A stretch of 64,000 nt of DNA from Gemmatimonadales bacterium (GTDB lineage Bacteria; Gemmatimonadota; Gemmatimonadetes; Gemmatimonadales; GWC2-71-9), in NCBI GenBank assembly GCA_038209515.1, contig JBBQXQ010000004.1, forward strand, positions 1,078-65,077, in the 5' to 3' direction. Below, one piece after another: positions 1 to 9,045 of this stretch. Under the pieces are notes generated by a model. That model was not told where the DNA came from, ran no database searches, and saw only the letters and a list, made by a program, of their open reading frames with translations. Within the stretch, counting starts at the first letter, position 1, and every line of letters starts with the position of its first letter. A program made the position numbers and the translations under genes.

Positions 1-165
1 TCGATCATCGTGACCGGTGCCGACTACCCGCGTGGCATACGGATCATGGGGGCGATCGCGCTATTCGCGTCCATGACGAACATCGTCAGCGGCTTCCTCA
101 TTACCGACCGGATGCTGAAGATGTTCAAGTCGGAGCGTAAGCCGGGAGCGGATGGCGGCTCATGA
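1..165 (+). CDS. pntAB: NAD(P) transhydrogenase alpha subunit, membrane part (C-terminal fragment; 5' end outside window)
   Basis: Frame 1 is open from the window edge. The tail ...SGFLITDRMLKMFKSE is typical of the PntA membrane subunit. The stop overlaps the pntB ATG (ATGA at 162-165). Confidence 0.8.
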   Translation, partial: SIIVTGADYPRGIRIMGAIALFASMTNIVSGFLITDRMLKMFKSERKPGADGGS

Positions 166-1568
166 GCCACGGGATCGTCCAGCTCGCGTACCTCGTCGCC
201 ACGGTCCTGTTCATCTTCGCGCTGCACTGGATGAACACACCGGACACGGCCCGCAAGGCCGTGTACGCCGGGGTCGTCGCGATGTCCATCGCGATCATTG
301 CGACCTGGGCTCAGCCGGAGGTGGTCCATCACGGATGGATCGTCCTGGCGATCATCGCCGGGTTCGTGGTCGGCGTGCCGCTATCCCGAGTCCCGCTCAC
401 CGCAGTCCCCCAGCGAACCGCTCTCTCCCATGCGTTCGGCGGCCTCGCTGCCGGTCTGGTTGGCACGGCCAAGTACTACCTCTGGGCGTCCGAGGGTCCC
501 GAGAACCTGACCGCATTCCGGATGGTCGCCATCATTGTGGAGGTTCTGCTCGGCTACCTGACGTTCACCGGAAGCCTCATGGCGGCGGGCAAGCTGCAGG
601 AGATCAAGTGGATCCCCCAGCGACCGGTCACCTACCCGATGCAGAACCTGACCAATCTCGGCCTTCTGGTGGTCGCCTTGCTGGCCGGCACGGCACTGGT
701 TCTCCACCCCGCAGCCGCATGGGGCCCGGCCCTCTTTCCGGTCATCATCGCGCTCGCCTTGGTGTTTGGGGTCCTGCTGATCATACCGATCGGCGGGGCC
801 GACATGCCGACGGTGATCGCGATCCTCAATTCCTACGCCGGCCTGTCGGCGGTGGCCATGGGCTTCGTGTTGGATAACAAACTGCTGATCACGGCCGGGG
901 CGCTGGATGGCTCGAGCGGTCTGATCCTGGCCATCATCATGTGCCGGGCCATGAACCGGTCGTTCACCAATGTCCTGTTCGGCGCCTTCGGCCAGGCCAA
1001 GCAGGTCACGGCCGGCGGCGATCAGAAGGCGTACAAATCGGAGACCATCGAGGGCGGCGCCCAGGTTCTGGAGCAGGCCAACCTGGTGGTGATCGTGCCC
1101 GGCTACGGCATGGCCGTCGCCCAGGCCCAGCACAAGGTTCGCGAGCTGTACGACCAGCTCAAGAAGCGTGGGGTGACCGTGAAGTTCGCCATCCATCCAG
1201 TTGCGGGGCGGATGCCGGGGCATATGAACGTGCTGCTCGCGGAGGCGAACATTCCATACACCGATCTGGTGGAAATGGACGAGATCAATCCCGAAATGCC
1301 CCAGTGCGACGTTGCCCTGGTAGTGGGCGCCAACGATGTCGTCAATCCCGCGGCCCGGACCGACAAGAACAGTCCGATCTTCGGTATGCCGATCATCGAT
1401 GCCGACCAGGCGAGAACCGTCTTCGCCATCAAACGAAGCAAGAATCCCGGCTTCGCCGGCATCGATAACGAGCTGTACTTCTCGGAGAAAACCTGGATGC
1501 TTTTCGGGGACGCCAAGAATGTGGTCGGCGATCTGGTGAAGCAGTTATCCGGGGGCGGCACCCACTAG
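162..1568 (+). CDS. pntB: NAD(P) transhydrogenase subunit beta
   Basis: 468 aa. Multi-TM N-terminal half plus a C-terminal NADP(H)-binding domain (GYGMAVAQAQH, AIHPVAGRMPGHMNVLLAEA, VVGANDVVNPAA). Confidence 0.95.
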   Translation: MSHGIVQLAYLVATVLFIFALHWMNTPDTARKAVYAGVVAMSIAIIATWAQPEVVHHGWIVLAIIAGFVVGVPLSRVPLTAVPQRTALSHAFGGLAAGLVGTAKYYLWASEGPENLTAFRMVAIIVEVLLGYLTFTGSLMAAGKLQEIKWIPQRPVTYPMQNLTNLGLLVVALLAGTALVLHPAAAWGPALFPVIIALALVFGVLLIIPIGGADMPTVIAILNSYAGLSAVAMGFVLDNKLLITAGALDGSSGLILAIIMCRAMNRSFTNVLFGAFGQAKQVTAGGDQKAYKSETIEGGAQVLEQANLVVIVPGYGMAVAQAQHKVRELYDQLKKRGVTVKFAIHPVAGRMPGHMNVLLAEANIPYTDLVEMDEINPEMPQCDVALVVGANDVVNPAARTDKNSPIFGMPIIDADQARTVFAIKRSKNPGFAGIDNELYFSEKTWMLFGDAKNVVGDLVKQLSGGGTH

Positions 1569-1646
1569 AGCACCCCTGACGGCAATCGCATTGCGCTGGG
1601 GCGGCCGTTCGCTAGTTTCGTTCATTCCCGCGACAACGAGTTCAAG

Positions 1647-2369
1647 ATGCGACCTATCCTTCTCTTCGGGGTGCTGCTCTCCACGGTGGCTCCCTCTATG
1701 GCCCGGGCCCAAAATGCCTGTGCCGACCTCACCAAATATTTCTCCCGCCCGCCCAAGGTCGGTGAGTGGGCCGAGCTCGCCTGGCAGAAACAGGGGCAGG
1801 CCAATCCGGAACCGATGCGCATAGCCGTGGTGAAAGCCGAGCAGCGCCAGGGTAAGCAGATGTACTGGTTTCAGATGGTCATGAACGAAGCGGGGAGCGG
1901 CAAGCGAACGATCATGCAGATGCTGACGCCTTGGGATCAGTCGACCCTGCAGGGGAGCGACGCGACGGAAGTGGTGATGAAGATCGGCGATCAGCCCGCG
2001 ATGAAGATGAACTCGGCCATGAGCAAGTCAGCGGCCTCCAAGGCAGACTGGCGAGAGTTCTGCTCCGATGCCAAGTTCCTCGGTGAGGAGTCGATCACGG
2101 TACCCGCAGGCACCTACCGCACCCGCCATTATAGAGGCCCGCATGGTGATACCTGGGCTTCCATGGATGCCCCCGTGTGGCACCTCGTGAAGATGACCAC
2201 AGAGGAGGGGGGAACCATGACGCTCAACGCCACCGGTACCGGGGCGAAGAACGAAATCACCGAGAAGCCGGTGGATATGAAGGCCATGATGGCGAATCCC
2301 GAGGCGATGCGCAAAATGGGCGAGGAGATGGAAAAAGCGAACAAGAAACCGTCGGGGGAGCCCAAGTAA
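1647..2369 (+). CDS. hypothetical exported protein (Met-rich C-terminus)
   Basis: ATG start. Signal peptide MRPILLFGVLLSTVAPSMARAQ. Coding-like GC3. No family recognised. Confidence 0.6.
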   Translation: MRPILLFGVLLSTVAPSMARAQNACADLTKYFSRPPKVGEWAELAWQKQGQANPEPMRIAVVKAEQRQGKQMYWFQMVMNEAGSGKRTIMQMLTPWDQSTLQGSDATEVVMKIGDQPAMKMNSAMSKSAASKADWREFCSDAKFLGEESITVPAGTYRTRHYRGPHGDTWASMDAPVWHLVKMTTEEGGTMTLNATGTGAKNEITEKPVDMKAMMANPEAMRKMGEEMEKANKKPSGEPK

Positions 2370-2569
2370 CGGCATCGCGTCGCATGAATTGCCGTCCAGC
2401 CATCTCGGGGCAACTCATGCTCCGGCGGGTGTTTCAGCTTGGGACGTCACCCGCCGCCGTGATCTAAACCTGTCAAAGTTACATACAGTTACGTCCGCCG
2501 TGTCGGAATCTTCGTAACCGCTCCGAGTGGTCCTGCAACTATCCGTCCCGCCACAGTTTATCTAAGGTG

Positions 2570-2598
2570 TTGATTTTCCGTATCTTAGGTAGTATATT
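2570..2598 (+). promoter_or_regulatory. putative sigma-70 type promoter of the sigma-factor gene
   Basis: TTGATT (2570-2575), 17-nt spacer, TATATT (2593-2598), in an AT-rich island of a high-GC genome. 10-bp direct repeats TATCTAAGGT (2559-2568) and TATCTTAGGT (2581-2590) flank the -35 box. Confidence 0.5.
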
Positions 2599-2676
2599 GG
2601 CCGACTCAAATTTGGCTCGGCCTCAGTCGTGGCTGGCACCCGAGCAGGGGACGGGAGTCCCATAGGAGCTAGAAGC

Positions 2677-3570
2677 GTGACAATCAAGGCACGTAGCAAG
2701 CGTCGCCCGGTGCGACCGGCGCAGATCGCTCGTGCAATCGATGAGGGTCGCGAGAGTCTCGATCTGTACCTGGACGAGATCAGCCGGGTTCCCCTCCTCA
2801 ACCGTGAGGAGGAGATGGAACTCGCCCGTAAGGCGTTCAAGGGCAATGTGACGGCCCAGGAAAGGCTGGCTCGCCACAATGTGCGCTTTGTGGTCTCCGT
2901 GGCCAAGAAGTTCCAGAATCGTGGAGTACCCCTGGTGGACCTGATCGGCGAGGGGAACCTCGGCCTCATGACCGCGGCCCGCAAGTTCGATCCCGATCGC
3001 GGCGTCAAGTTCATTTCCTATGCAGTCTGGTGGATCCGGCAGGCGGTGCAGGCCGCTATCGCGCGGCATGGCCGTCCGGTCCGGGTACCGCTCAATCGTA
3101 CGGCGGATCTCAGCCGGCTTGGTCGGACCACGACCCTGCTGAAGGATCGGCTGGGCCGGATGCCAACCACCGAGGAGCTGGCCCGGGCAACCGGACTGAC
3201 CGTCGAGGCGGTGCGTTCCCTCAGCGCCCTCAATTCCGAGGCGGTTCGGCTCGACCATCCCACCAGGGACGGCGAAGGCAACGAGCGGATCGAACGCTTC
3301 ACCAGCGGCGAGCAGGAAAGCACCGACATGACGACCATGGCCAACAGCCAGACGCGGGATATCGAGGCGGCCCTCGCCGCCCTCCCGCCGCGGGACGCTA
3401 AGGTGCTTCGGCTCTACTTTGGGCTGGACGACGGCAACAGCCGCACGCTCGAGGAAATCGGCCGCATGATGGGGGTTACCCGTGAGCGGATCCGTCAGCT
3501 GCGGGACCGCGCCCTCCTCCGCCTGCGCGAAGGCGAGACCGGAGACCGGCTGAAGGATCTGGTGGCCTAA
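2677..3570 (+). CDS. RNA polymerase sigma factor, sigma-70 family (RpoD/SigA-like, regions 1.2-4, no long region 1.1)
   Basis: Region 2 (NVRFVVSVAKKFQNRGVPLVDLIGEGNLGLMTAARKFDPDRGVKFISYAVWWIRQAV), region 3 and region 4 (TLEEIGRMMGVTRERIRQLRDRAL) are all present. The ORF is open from GTG 2629. I prefer GTG 2677 because it is preceded by GGAG 8 nt upstream. Confidence 0.9.
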   Translation: MTIKARSKRRPVRPAQIARAIDEGRESLDLYLDEISRVPLLNREEEMELARKAFKGNVTAQERLARHNVRFVVSVAKKFQNRGVPLVDLIGEGNLGLMTAARKFDPDRGVKFISYAVWWIRQAVQAAIARHGRPVRVPLNRTADLSRLGRTTTLLKDRLGRMPTTEELARATGLTVEAVRSLSALNSEAVRLDHPTRDGEGNERIERFTSGEQESTDMTTMANSQTRDIEAALAALPPRDAKVLRLYFGLDDGNSRTLEEIGRMMGVTRERIRQLRDRALLRLREGETGDRLKDLVA

Positions 3571-3573
3571 GAA

Positions 3574-3695
3574 GCTATTGGCCATTAGCTATTAGCTACG
3601 CCGATGCGCTAGAGACCCTCCGATGCTCGGGGGGTTTCTTGTTAGAGCCAATAGCCAACAGCTAATAGCTAATAGCTAATAGCTAATAGCTAATA
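3574..3695. repeat. inverted arrays of AT-rich heptamers (GCTATTA x3-4 at 3574-3601; GCTAATA x7, 5 perfect, at 3647-3695) bracketing a terminator hairpin
   Basis: Direct reading. The left array is the reverse complement of the right array. It starts 3 nt after the sigma-factor stop and ends 14 nt before the next ATG. Confidence 0.9.
3615..3643 (+). terminator. rho-independent terminator after the sigma-factor gene
   Basis: 9-bp stem ACCCTCCGA / TCGGGGGGT (one G-U pair), 3-nt loop, then TTCTTGTT. Confidence 0.6.
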
Positions 3696-3709
3696 GCCGA
3701 TCGCCTCAA

Positions 3710-4042
3710 ATGAAAACCACCCCCATCCCCCACGCCATCAACCGGCGCGACGACGGCCTCCTCATCGAGTGGGACGAGCGCGGTCACCAGGGATTCTTTC
3801 CTGCTCGTTCACTTCGCCTCGCGTGCCCGTGCGCCGGCTGTGTCGAGGAGATGAGCGGACGACCGTTGCTCGATCCCGCCAGGGTGCCGCGCGATATCCG
3901 CCCGGTGTCGCTCCAGTTGGTCGGCGCCTACGGCCTGCGCATCAACTGGAGCGATGGACATGAGACCGGCATCTACACCTTCGAGCAGCTGCTCCGAAGC
4001 TGTCCATGTTCCAGCTGCAGGGGTCAGCCTGCTACGGAGTGA
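3710..4042 (+). CDS. DUF971 family protein (gamma-butyrobetaine hydroxylase-like N-terminal domain)
   Basis: 110 aa. LACPCAGCVEE ... INWSDGHETGIYTFEQLL ... CPC is the pattern I recall for DUF971. Confidence 0.75.
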   Translation: MKTTPIPHAINRRDDGLLIEWDERGHQGFFPARSLRLACPCAGCVEEMSGRPLLDPARVPRDIRPVSLQLVGAYGLRINWSDGHETGIYTFEQLLRSCPCSSCRGQPATE

Positions 4043-4123
4043 CCCCCGACACATCCAGCTCCCCGCTGCCGGAACAATCTGTACCGCGGACGCAGCGGTC
4101 GCGATTCAACCGGCGGGGCAACC

Positions 4124-4660
4124 ATGGATCACCAGCACCATTCGACATTGCGCGAAGGACTCCTGACCGGCGTGATCGGCGGACTCATCGTAGCGGTCTG
4201 GTATGTGGCCTATGATCTCGGGCGTGGCCAGCTGGGCCATACCCCCAATGTCCTCGGCCAGGTCTTCGTGGCTCGGGATACGACGCCGGCGGTCCGGACG
4301 CTCATGCCGCAGGCGATCGCCGAGTACTCTTTGCTCCATTTCGGGGTGTTCCTGCTGCTCGGTATCCTCCTCGCGTGGCTGACCCATATGGCCATTCGTA
4401 ATCCGGCGCTGCGGATGGGAATGTGGCTCGGCTTGGTGATAGCCTTCTTACTCTTCATCGGCCTCCTGTTCATGCTGTACTCCGCCACTGACCAGCGATT
4501 CCCCTTGTGGTCGGCGCTCGTCGGCAGCGTACTTGGGATCGGTTCGATGGGCTGGTACCTCTGGCGGCGGCACCCCAGTCTGCGGCGAACCTTCCAGGAG
4601 GCACCTCTAGGCGATGAGGTCAAACCCCCACCTCACCCGCCGGGCGGCTCCCGAAGGTAG
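4124..4660 (+). CDS. hypothetical 4-TM membrane protein (paralog 1)
   Basis: 178 aa. Clearly homologous to the next ORF (GVIGGLIVAVWY../GIIGGVAVATWF.., ..WYLWRRHPSLRRTFQEAPLGD/..LYLWYKHPEFRRACRETPLGD). Confidence 0.7.
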   Translation: MDHQHHSTLREGLLTGVIGGLIVAVWYVAYDLGRGQLGHTPNVLGQVFVARDTTPAVRTLMPQAIAEYSLLHFGVFLLLGILLAWLTHMAIRNPALRMGMWLGLVIAFLLFIGLLFMLYSATDQRFPLWSALVGSVLGIGSMGWYLWRRHPSLRRTFQEAPLGDEVKPPPHPPGGSRR

Positions 4661-4705
4661 CTCTCGCGTCTTGCGCTCTGGAGACGCCTCCCCCAATGTG
4701 TACCC

Positions 4706-5206
4706 ATGCTGGATGACTCCCATTCGGTCATGGCGGAGGGGACCGACGTCGGCATTATCGGGGGCGTGGCTGTCGCTACCTGGTTTCTGATCCTCGATAC
4801 CATCGCCGGCCACCCCTTTCAAACTCCGAGCCTGCTGGGCCAGGTCGTGCTCTTCGGCGACTCGACTCCCGACACCAGTCACCTCGTGTTCGGGGCGATT
4901 CTGGTCTATACCGCTTTTCACTTCGCGGTGTTCGCGCTGCTCGGGATGGGCCTGGTCATCCTGGTGCATTGGGGCGAGCGGGATTCAGTGGTCCGATACG
5001 CCCTCCTTCCGGTCTTTCTGGTCTTCGAAGTGATGTTTTACGGCTTGCTCGAGGTCTTCTCCGAGCGAACCAACGAGCTGTTCCCCTTCTGGGCCGTCGT
5101 CACAGCCAACACCCTCGCCGCGGTCTCGATGGGTCTGTATCTCTGGTACAAGCACCCGGAGTTCCGTCGCGCCTGCCGGGAGACCCCGCTCGGGGACGCT
5201 CCATGA
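4706..5206 (+). CDS. hypothetical 4-TM membrane protein (paralog 2)
   Basis: 166 aa. Tandem paralog of 4124-4660. Confidence 0.7.
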   Translation: MLDDSHSVMAEGTDVGIIGGVAVATWFLILDTIAGHPFQTPSLLGQVVLFGDSTPDTSHLVFGAILVYTAFHFAVFALLGMGLVILVHWGERDSVVRYALLPVFLVFEVMFYGLLEVFSERTNELFPFWAVVTANTLAAVSMGLYLWYKHPEFRRACRETPLGDAP

Positions 5207-5263
5207 TTTCGTAGGGCCCCGACCCGAGTTAGCTTCCAGCCTCAACTTCTACGGCCGGGGTCT

Positions 5264-8008
5264 GTGCGTCGCGGATTGCTCTCCATTGGTCCCGCGTTCC
5301 TCCTGTTGTGCGTCCTTTCGACATCACCGCTCCTGGGGCAGCTCGAGCCACCGTCCACGGGCGGAGCGGTCGCGCTCGACCAGGAGCTTCGAATGCTGGG
5401 GCACTACAAGCGGGTTCTGATGATCGGCGCCCACCCCGACGACGAGGATACGGAGCTGCTGACGATCCTCGTCCGCGGCCTGGGCACGGAAGCGGCCTAT
5501 CTCTCACTCAACCGGGGCGAGGGTGGACAGAATCTCATCGGCCCCGAGCTGGGTGAAGCGCTCGGGCTGATCCGTACTGAAGAGCTGCTTGCCGCGCGCC
5601 GACTCGACGGCGCGCGGCAGTATTTCACCCGGGCATACGATTTCGGTTATTCCAAGACTCTCGATGAGACGTGGCAGCACTGGCCACGGGATACCATCCT
5701 CAAGGACGTCGTCAGGATCGTCCGCAGGTTCCGACCTCAGATCATTGTTTCGATCTTCAGTGGAACGCCCCGTGATGGCCACGGCCAGCATCAGGCGGCG
5801 GGCTGGTCGGCCCAGGAGGCGTTCCGCGCGGCGGGAGACTCCACCCGGTTTCGTGAGCTGTTCCGGGAAGAGGGACTCCTTCCCTGGAGTCCCCTCAAAC
5901 TGTATCGGAGCACCCGATTCGACAGCGCCGCCACCACGCTGACCTTGAACGGTGGGGTGCTCGATCCGGCTGTCGGCAAGTCGTTCCATCAGATCGCCAT
6001 GGCCGGGCGGAGCCTGCACCGATCCCAGGACATGGGTCAGCTGCAGCGGATCGGCCCCTCCAACGTACGACTGGCCTTGGTGGAAGACCGGACGGCTGGG
6101 GGAGGCGATGCCAAAGGCGGGCTGTTCTCGGGGGTCGATACCAGCATGGCGGCCATTCCACTGGGTGAGCGGCGTGTGGGTGGGTCGGCCACGCTCGTAC
6201 TCGCCGGAAACCCGACGACCGGTTTGGCCAGCTACCAAGCCCGGGTCGATTCGGTCATGGCCGCGCGTGGGAACCTGTCGCGCCAGCGCAGCCTGCTCGC
6301 GCGTGCCGCGTCCGACCTCGGGCGGGCAGTGGCGGAGCCACCTCGAGCGGGCGCGGGAGGCGGAGGGGCCTACTACACTCGCGGCATCGAGTTGGAGGAC
6401 CAGCTCGGGCATCTCAACGCGGCGGCCTGGCATCTGGGCCGGGTCGTGTTTGATGCCGTCATAGAGGACGACCGGGTCGTAGCAGGACAGAGGCTTCGCT
6501 GGACGCTGTCGACCTGGAACGCCTCGGATGAGCCACGCCTGGCAGACATGCGGGCAGCGGAGTGCATTCCTTTCGGCGAGTGTCAGGGGCCGGAGCCGGA
6601 TTCCGTGCCGCTGACCGTCCAACCGGGGCAGGTCGGGACGGTCGCTGCCGAGTATCAGGTTCTCGAGCAGCCGCCCTCCACTCCCTATTTCCTCCGCTTG
6701 CCTCGAGATGGGGATCTCTATCGCTGGCCGGACCAGCACCGATTGAGTCTCACCGGCGGCCCGCCCTACGGTGAGCCGTTCGAGCCTCCCACCTTCCTGG
6801 GATCGGTCGAGGTGAATGCCGGACAAGGGGACAGCCTGGGCGCCTCACAGATGACAGAGGCGGTGTTTCGATTCAACGATCAGGCGCGGGGAGAGGTGCG
6901 CCGGCCGGTCACCGTGGTCCCGCGCATCGATGTTAAGCTCGATCCGGCCACCGAGGTGTGGCCGACCGGCTCGCTCACGCCGCATCGCTTCACCGTCACG
7001 CTCACCCACGGCGCCAGGGACTCGACCTCCGGCACCGTGCGTCTGCAACTCCGTCGCGGCTGGCCAGCGGTAGCGTCGCAGCACTTCCGCTTCGCCCGGG
7101 AGGACGAGCGCGAAAGCTTCATCTTCGAGGTAAGACCGCCCGCTCGCCTCGCGCCCGACAGCGGCGAAATTCGCGCCGTGGCGCAGGACCTGGAGGGCAC
7201 TACGTACGACGTAGGCATGTATACCGTCGACTACCCTCACATCAGGCCCCGCTCCTACACCAGGCTCGCGACGACCACACTCCGGGTTGCCCCTCTGATC
7301 CTGCCTCGACTCACCCGCGTCGGCTACATTCGCGGCGCTGCCGACCAGGTGCCCGAGGCACTCGCCAGCGTGGGAGTTCCCGTCACGCTGCTCGGCGGAG
7401 CGGCGCTCGAGCGCGGGAGGCTCGATCGGTACGATGCCATCGTGGTCGGGCCGCGGGCGTACGAGACGGATTCGGCACTGGTGGAGAACAACCGGCGCCT
7501 TCTCGACTACGCCCGTCGAGGCGGTCTCCTCATCGTGCAGTATCAGCAGCACCAATTTTTCAGCGGCCGGTTTGCTCCCTATCCCATGACGGTCGGTGGG
7601 CAGCCGTTGCGCCTGGAGGAGCCGGCGCCGGGCCGGCCGGGGTCCGCGCCCGCGCGGGCTGCTCCGCCGGTGAGCCACGATCGGGTCACCGACGAAAACG
7701 CGCCGGTCAGGCTGGTCGCACCCGATCATCCGGCGGTGCGTGCCCCCAACCGGCTGAGCGCAGCGGACTGGAAGGGTTGGGTCCAGGAGCGTGGACTCTA
7801 CTTCGCCCGAACCTGGGACCGCCGGTACCGGCCGGTTCTGGAGACCCACGACCCCGGCGACGCGCCGCTTCTCGGCGGACTTCTGGTCGCGCCGGTCGGG
7901 AAGGGAACCTACGTCTACACCGGCCTGAGCTTCTTTCGGCAGTTGCCTGCGGGGGTGCCGGGCGCATTTCGGCTGTTCACGAATCTGTTGGCGCTTGGGA
8001 AGAAATGA
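5264..8008 (+). CDS. PIG-L/LmbE family deacetylase fused to a large C-terminal region (ThuA/class-I amidotransferase-like end)
   Basis: GTG start with a signal peptide. LmbE motif MIGAHPDDEDTELL...LNRGEGGQN. C-terminal segment YDAIVVGPRAYE...GGLLIVQYQQ. Confidence 0.75.
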   Translation: MRRGLLSIGPAFLLLCVLSTSPLLGQLEPPSTGGAVALDQELRMLGHYKRVLMIGAHPDDEDTELLTILVRGLGTEAAYLSLNRGEGGQNLIGPELGEALGLIRTEELLAARRLDGARQYFTRAYDFGYSKTLDETWQHWPRDTILKDVVRIVRRFRPQIIVSIFSGTPRDGHGQHQAAGWSAQEAFRAAGDSTRFRELFREEGLLPWSPLKLYRSTRFDSAATTLTLNGGVLDPAVGKSFHQIAMAGRSLHRSQDMGQLQRIGPSNVRLALVEDRTAGGGDAKGGLFSGVDTSMAAIPLGERRVGGSATLVLAGNPTTGLASYQARVDSVMAARGNLSRQRSLLARAASDLGRAVAEPPRAGAGGGGAYYTRGIELEDQLGHLNAAAWHLGRVVFDAVIEDDRVVAGQRLRWTLSTWNASDEPRLADMRAAECIPFGECQGPEPDSVPLTVQPGQVGTVAAEYQVLEQPPSTPYFLRLPRDGDLYRWPDQHRLSLTGGPPYGEPFEPPTFLGSVEVNAGQGDSLGASQMTEAVFRFNDQARGEVRRPVTVVPRIDVKLDPATEVWPTGSLTPHRFTVTLTHGARDSTSGTVRLQLRRGWPAVASQHFRFAREDERESFIFEVRPPARLAPDSGEIRAVAQDLEGTTYDVGMYTVDYPHIRPRSYTRLATTTLRVAPLILPRLTRVGYIRGAADQVPEALASVGVPVTLLGGAALERGRLDRYDAIVVGPRAYETDSALVENNRRLLDYARRGGLLIVQYQQHQFFSGRFAPYPMTVGGQPLRLEEPAPGRPGSAPARAAPPVSHDRVTDENAPVRLVAPDHPAVRAPNRLSAADWKGWVQERGLYFARTWDRRYRPVLETHDPGDAPLLGGLLVAPVGKGTYVYTGLSFFRQLPAGVPGAFRLFTNLLALGKK

Positions 8009-9045
8009 CGGTCTTCTCCGCCTTCTCCGTCTTTTCAGCCCTCTCCGCCTTCTCCGCCCTTTCCGCCTGTCGAGGCGACGCACGTACCCCCGTCGTCCTC
8101 TATTCACCCCACGGTCGGGACCAGTTGGCCCTGCTGGAGCACGCGTTCGAGGCCCGACGGCCGGACATCGATGTGCGCTGGCTGGATATGGGCTCGCAGG
8201 AGATCCTCGACCGTTTGCGTTTCGAGCGGGTCAATCCGCAGGCCGATGTCTGGTTCGGCGGGCCGGCCTCGATCTTCGATCGCGGGATCCAGGACTCGCT
8301 GCTGGTGCCCTACCGTCCGGTGTGGGCCGGCAACGTGGAGCGCCGAGGAGCCGGCCCCCGGGATCTCTACTATCCGGTCTACCGGACGCCGGCGGTGATC
8401 GCCTTCAACAGCCGGGCGGTGCCTCGCCGGGACGCGCCCCAGGACTGGGACGACGTGCTGGAGCCCCGCTGGAAAGACAAGGTCATCATCCGGGATCCCA
8501 TGGCTAGCGGAACGATGCGTGCCATCTGGGGGCTCATCCTGCTGCGCAGCCTGCGTCAGACCGGAGACACGGCCCAAGGCATGGCCTGGCTTCGGCGGTT
8601 GGATGGCCAAACCAAGACCTATACCATCAGCCCTGCGCTGTTGTACGAGAAGCTTGCTCGCCAGGAGGGGCTGATAAGCCTCTGGGATCTTCAGGACATC
8701 CTGATCACCCAGGCCAAGGGCATGCCGCTGGGCTACGTCTTTCCCCGGAGCGGCACCGTGGTCATCGACGATGGCATCGGGCTGGTGCGCGGTAGCCGGC
8801 ACCCTGAGGCCGCCCGCGCATTTATCGACTTCGTCGGCAGCGAGGAAGCGCAGCTGCTCGCCGCTCGGCGGGTATTCCGGCTCCCGGCTCGGACCGACCT
8901 TCCGGCCGATTCGGTGCCGTCATGGGTGGCCGACGTCGAGCGTGACATGGTCGTCGCCGACGTGGATTGGGGTCTATTCTCCAAACAGGGGCCGGCGTGG
9001 ATGAGCTACTGGGATCAGCATGTGCGTGGGACAGGGAAGCGGTGA
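8005..9045 (+). CDS. ABC transporter substrate-binding lipoprotein (Fe3+/thiamine-type, FbpA/AfuA-like)
   Basis: The ATG overlaps the upstream stop (ATGA). Lipoprotein signal MTVFSAFSVFSALSAFSALSAC. Body VVLYSPHG...DVWFGGP...VIDDGIGLV. The long 6958 ORF in the track is an out-of-gene upstream extension. Confidence 0.85.
   Translation: MTVFSAFSVFSALSAFSALSACRGDARTPVVLYSPHGRDQLALLEHAFEARRPDIDVRWLDMGSQEILDRLRFERVNPQADVWFGGPASIFDRGIQDSLLVPYRPVWAGNVERRGAGPRDLYYPVYRTPAVIAFNSRAVPRRDAPQDWDDVLEPRWKDKVIIRDPMASGTMRAIWGLILLRSLRQTGDTAQGMAWLRRLDGQTKTYTISPALLYEKLARQEGLISLWDLQDILITQAKGMPLGYVFPRSGTVVIDDGIGLVRGSRHPEAARAFIDFVGSEEAQLLAARRVFRLPARTDLPADSVPSWVADVERDMVVADVDWGLFSKQGPAWMSYWDQHVRGTGKR
8011..8064. repeat. 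6 x 9-bp tandem array (GCCTTCTCC-type) encoding the signal-peptide h-region
   Basis: Units are gtcttctcc, gccttctcc, gtcttttca, gccctctcc, gccttctcc, gccctttcc. This is the reverse complement of the GGCGGAGAA array at 57395-57439. Confidence 0.9.

Noticed and set aside
381-1223. Long antisense or alternate-frame ORFs throughout the track. Examples: 381-1223 (-), 2623-3585 (-), 5504-6826 (-), 6845-8107 (-), 16739-17839 (-), 23727-25070 (+), 31360-32460 (+), 48460-49683 (+), 50023-51303 (+), 52603-53799 (-), 56543-57466 (-).
   Set aside because: They lie opposite to, or out of frame with, ORFs that have strong family motifs. They are Arg/Pro/Gly-rich, as expected for shadow ORFs in high-GC DNA. 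No motifs were recognised.
6958-8004. Upstream 349 codons of the 695-aa ORF 6958-9045.
   Set aside because: This part overlaps the PIG-L gene out of frame and is Arg/Pro-rich junk. The real SBP begins at ATG 8005 with a lipoprotein signal peptide.
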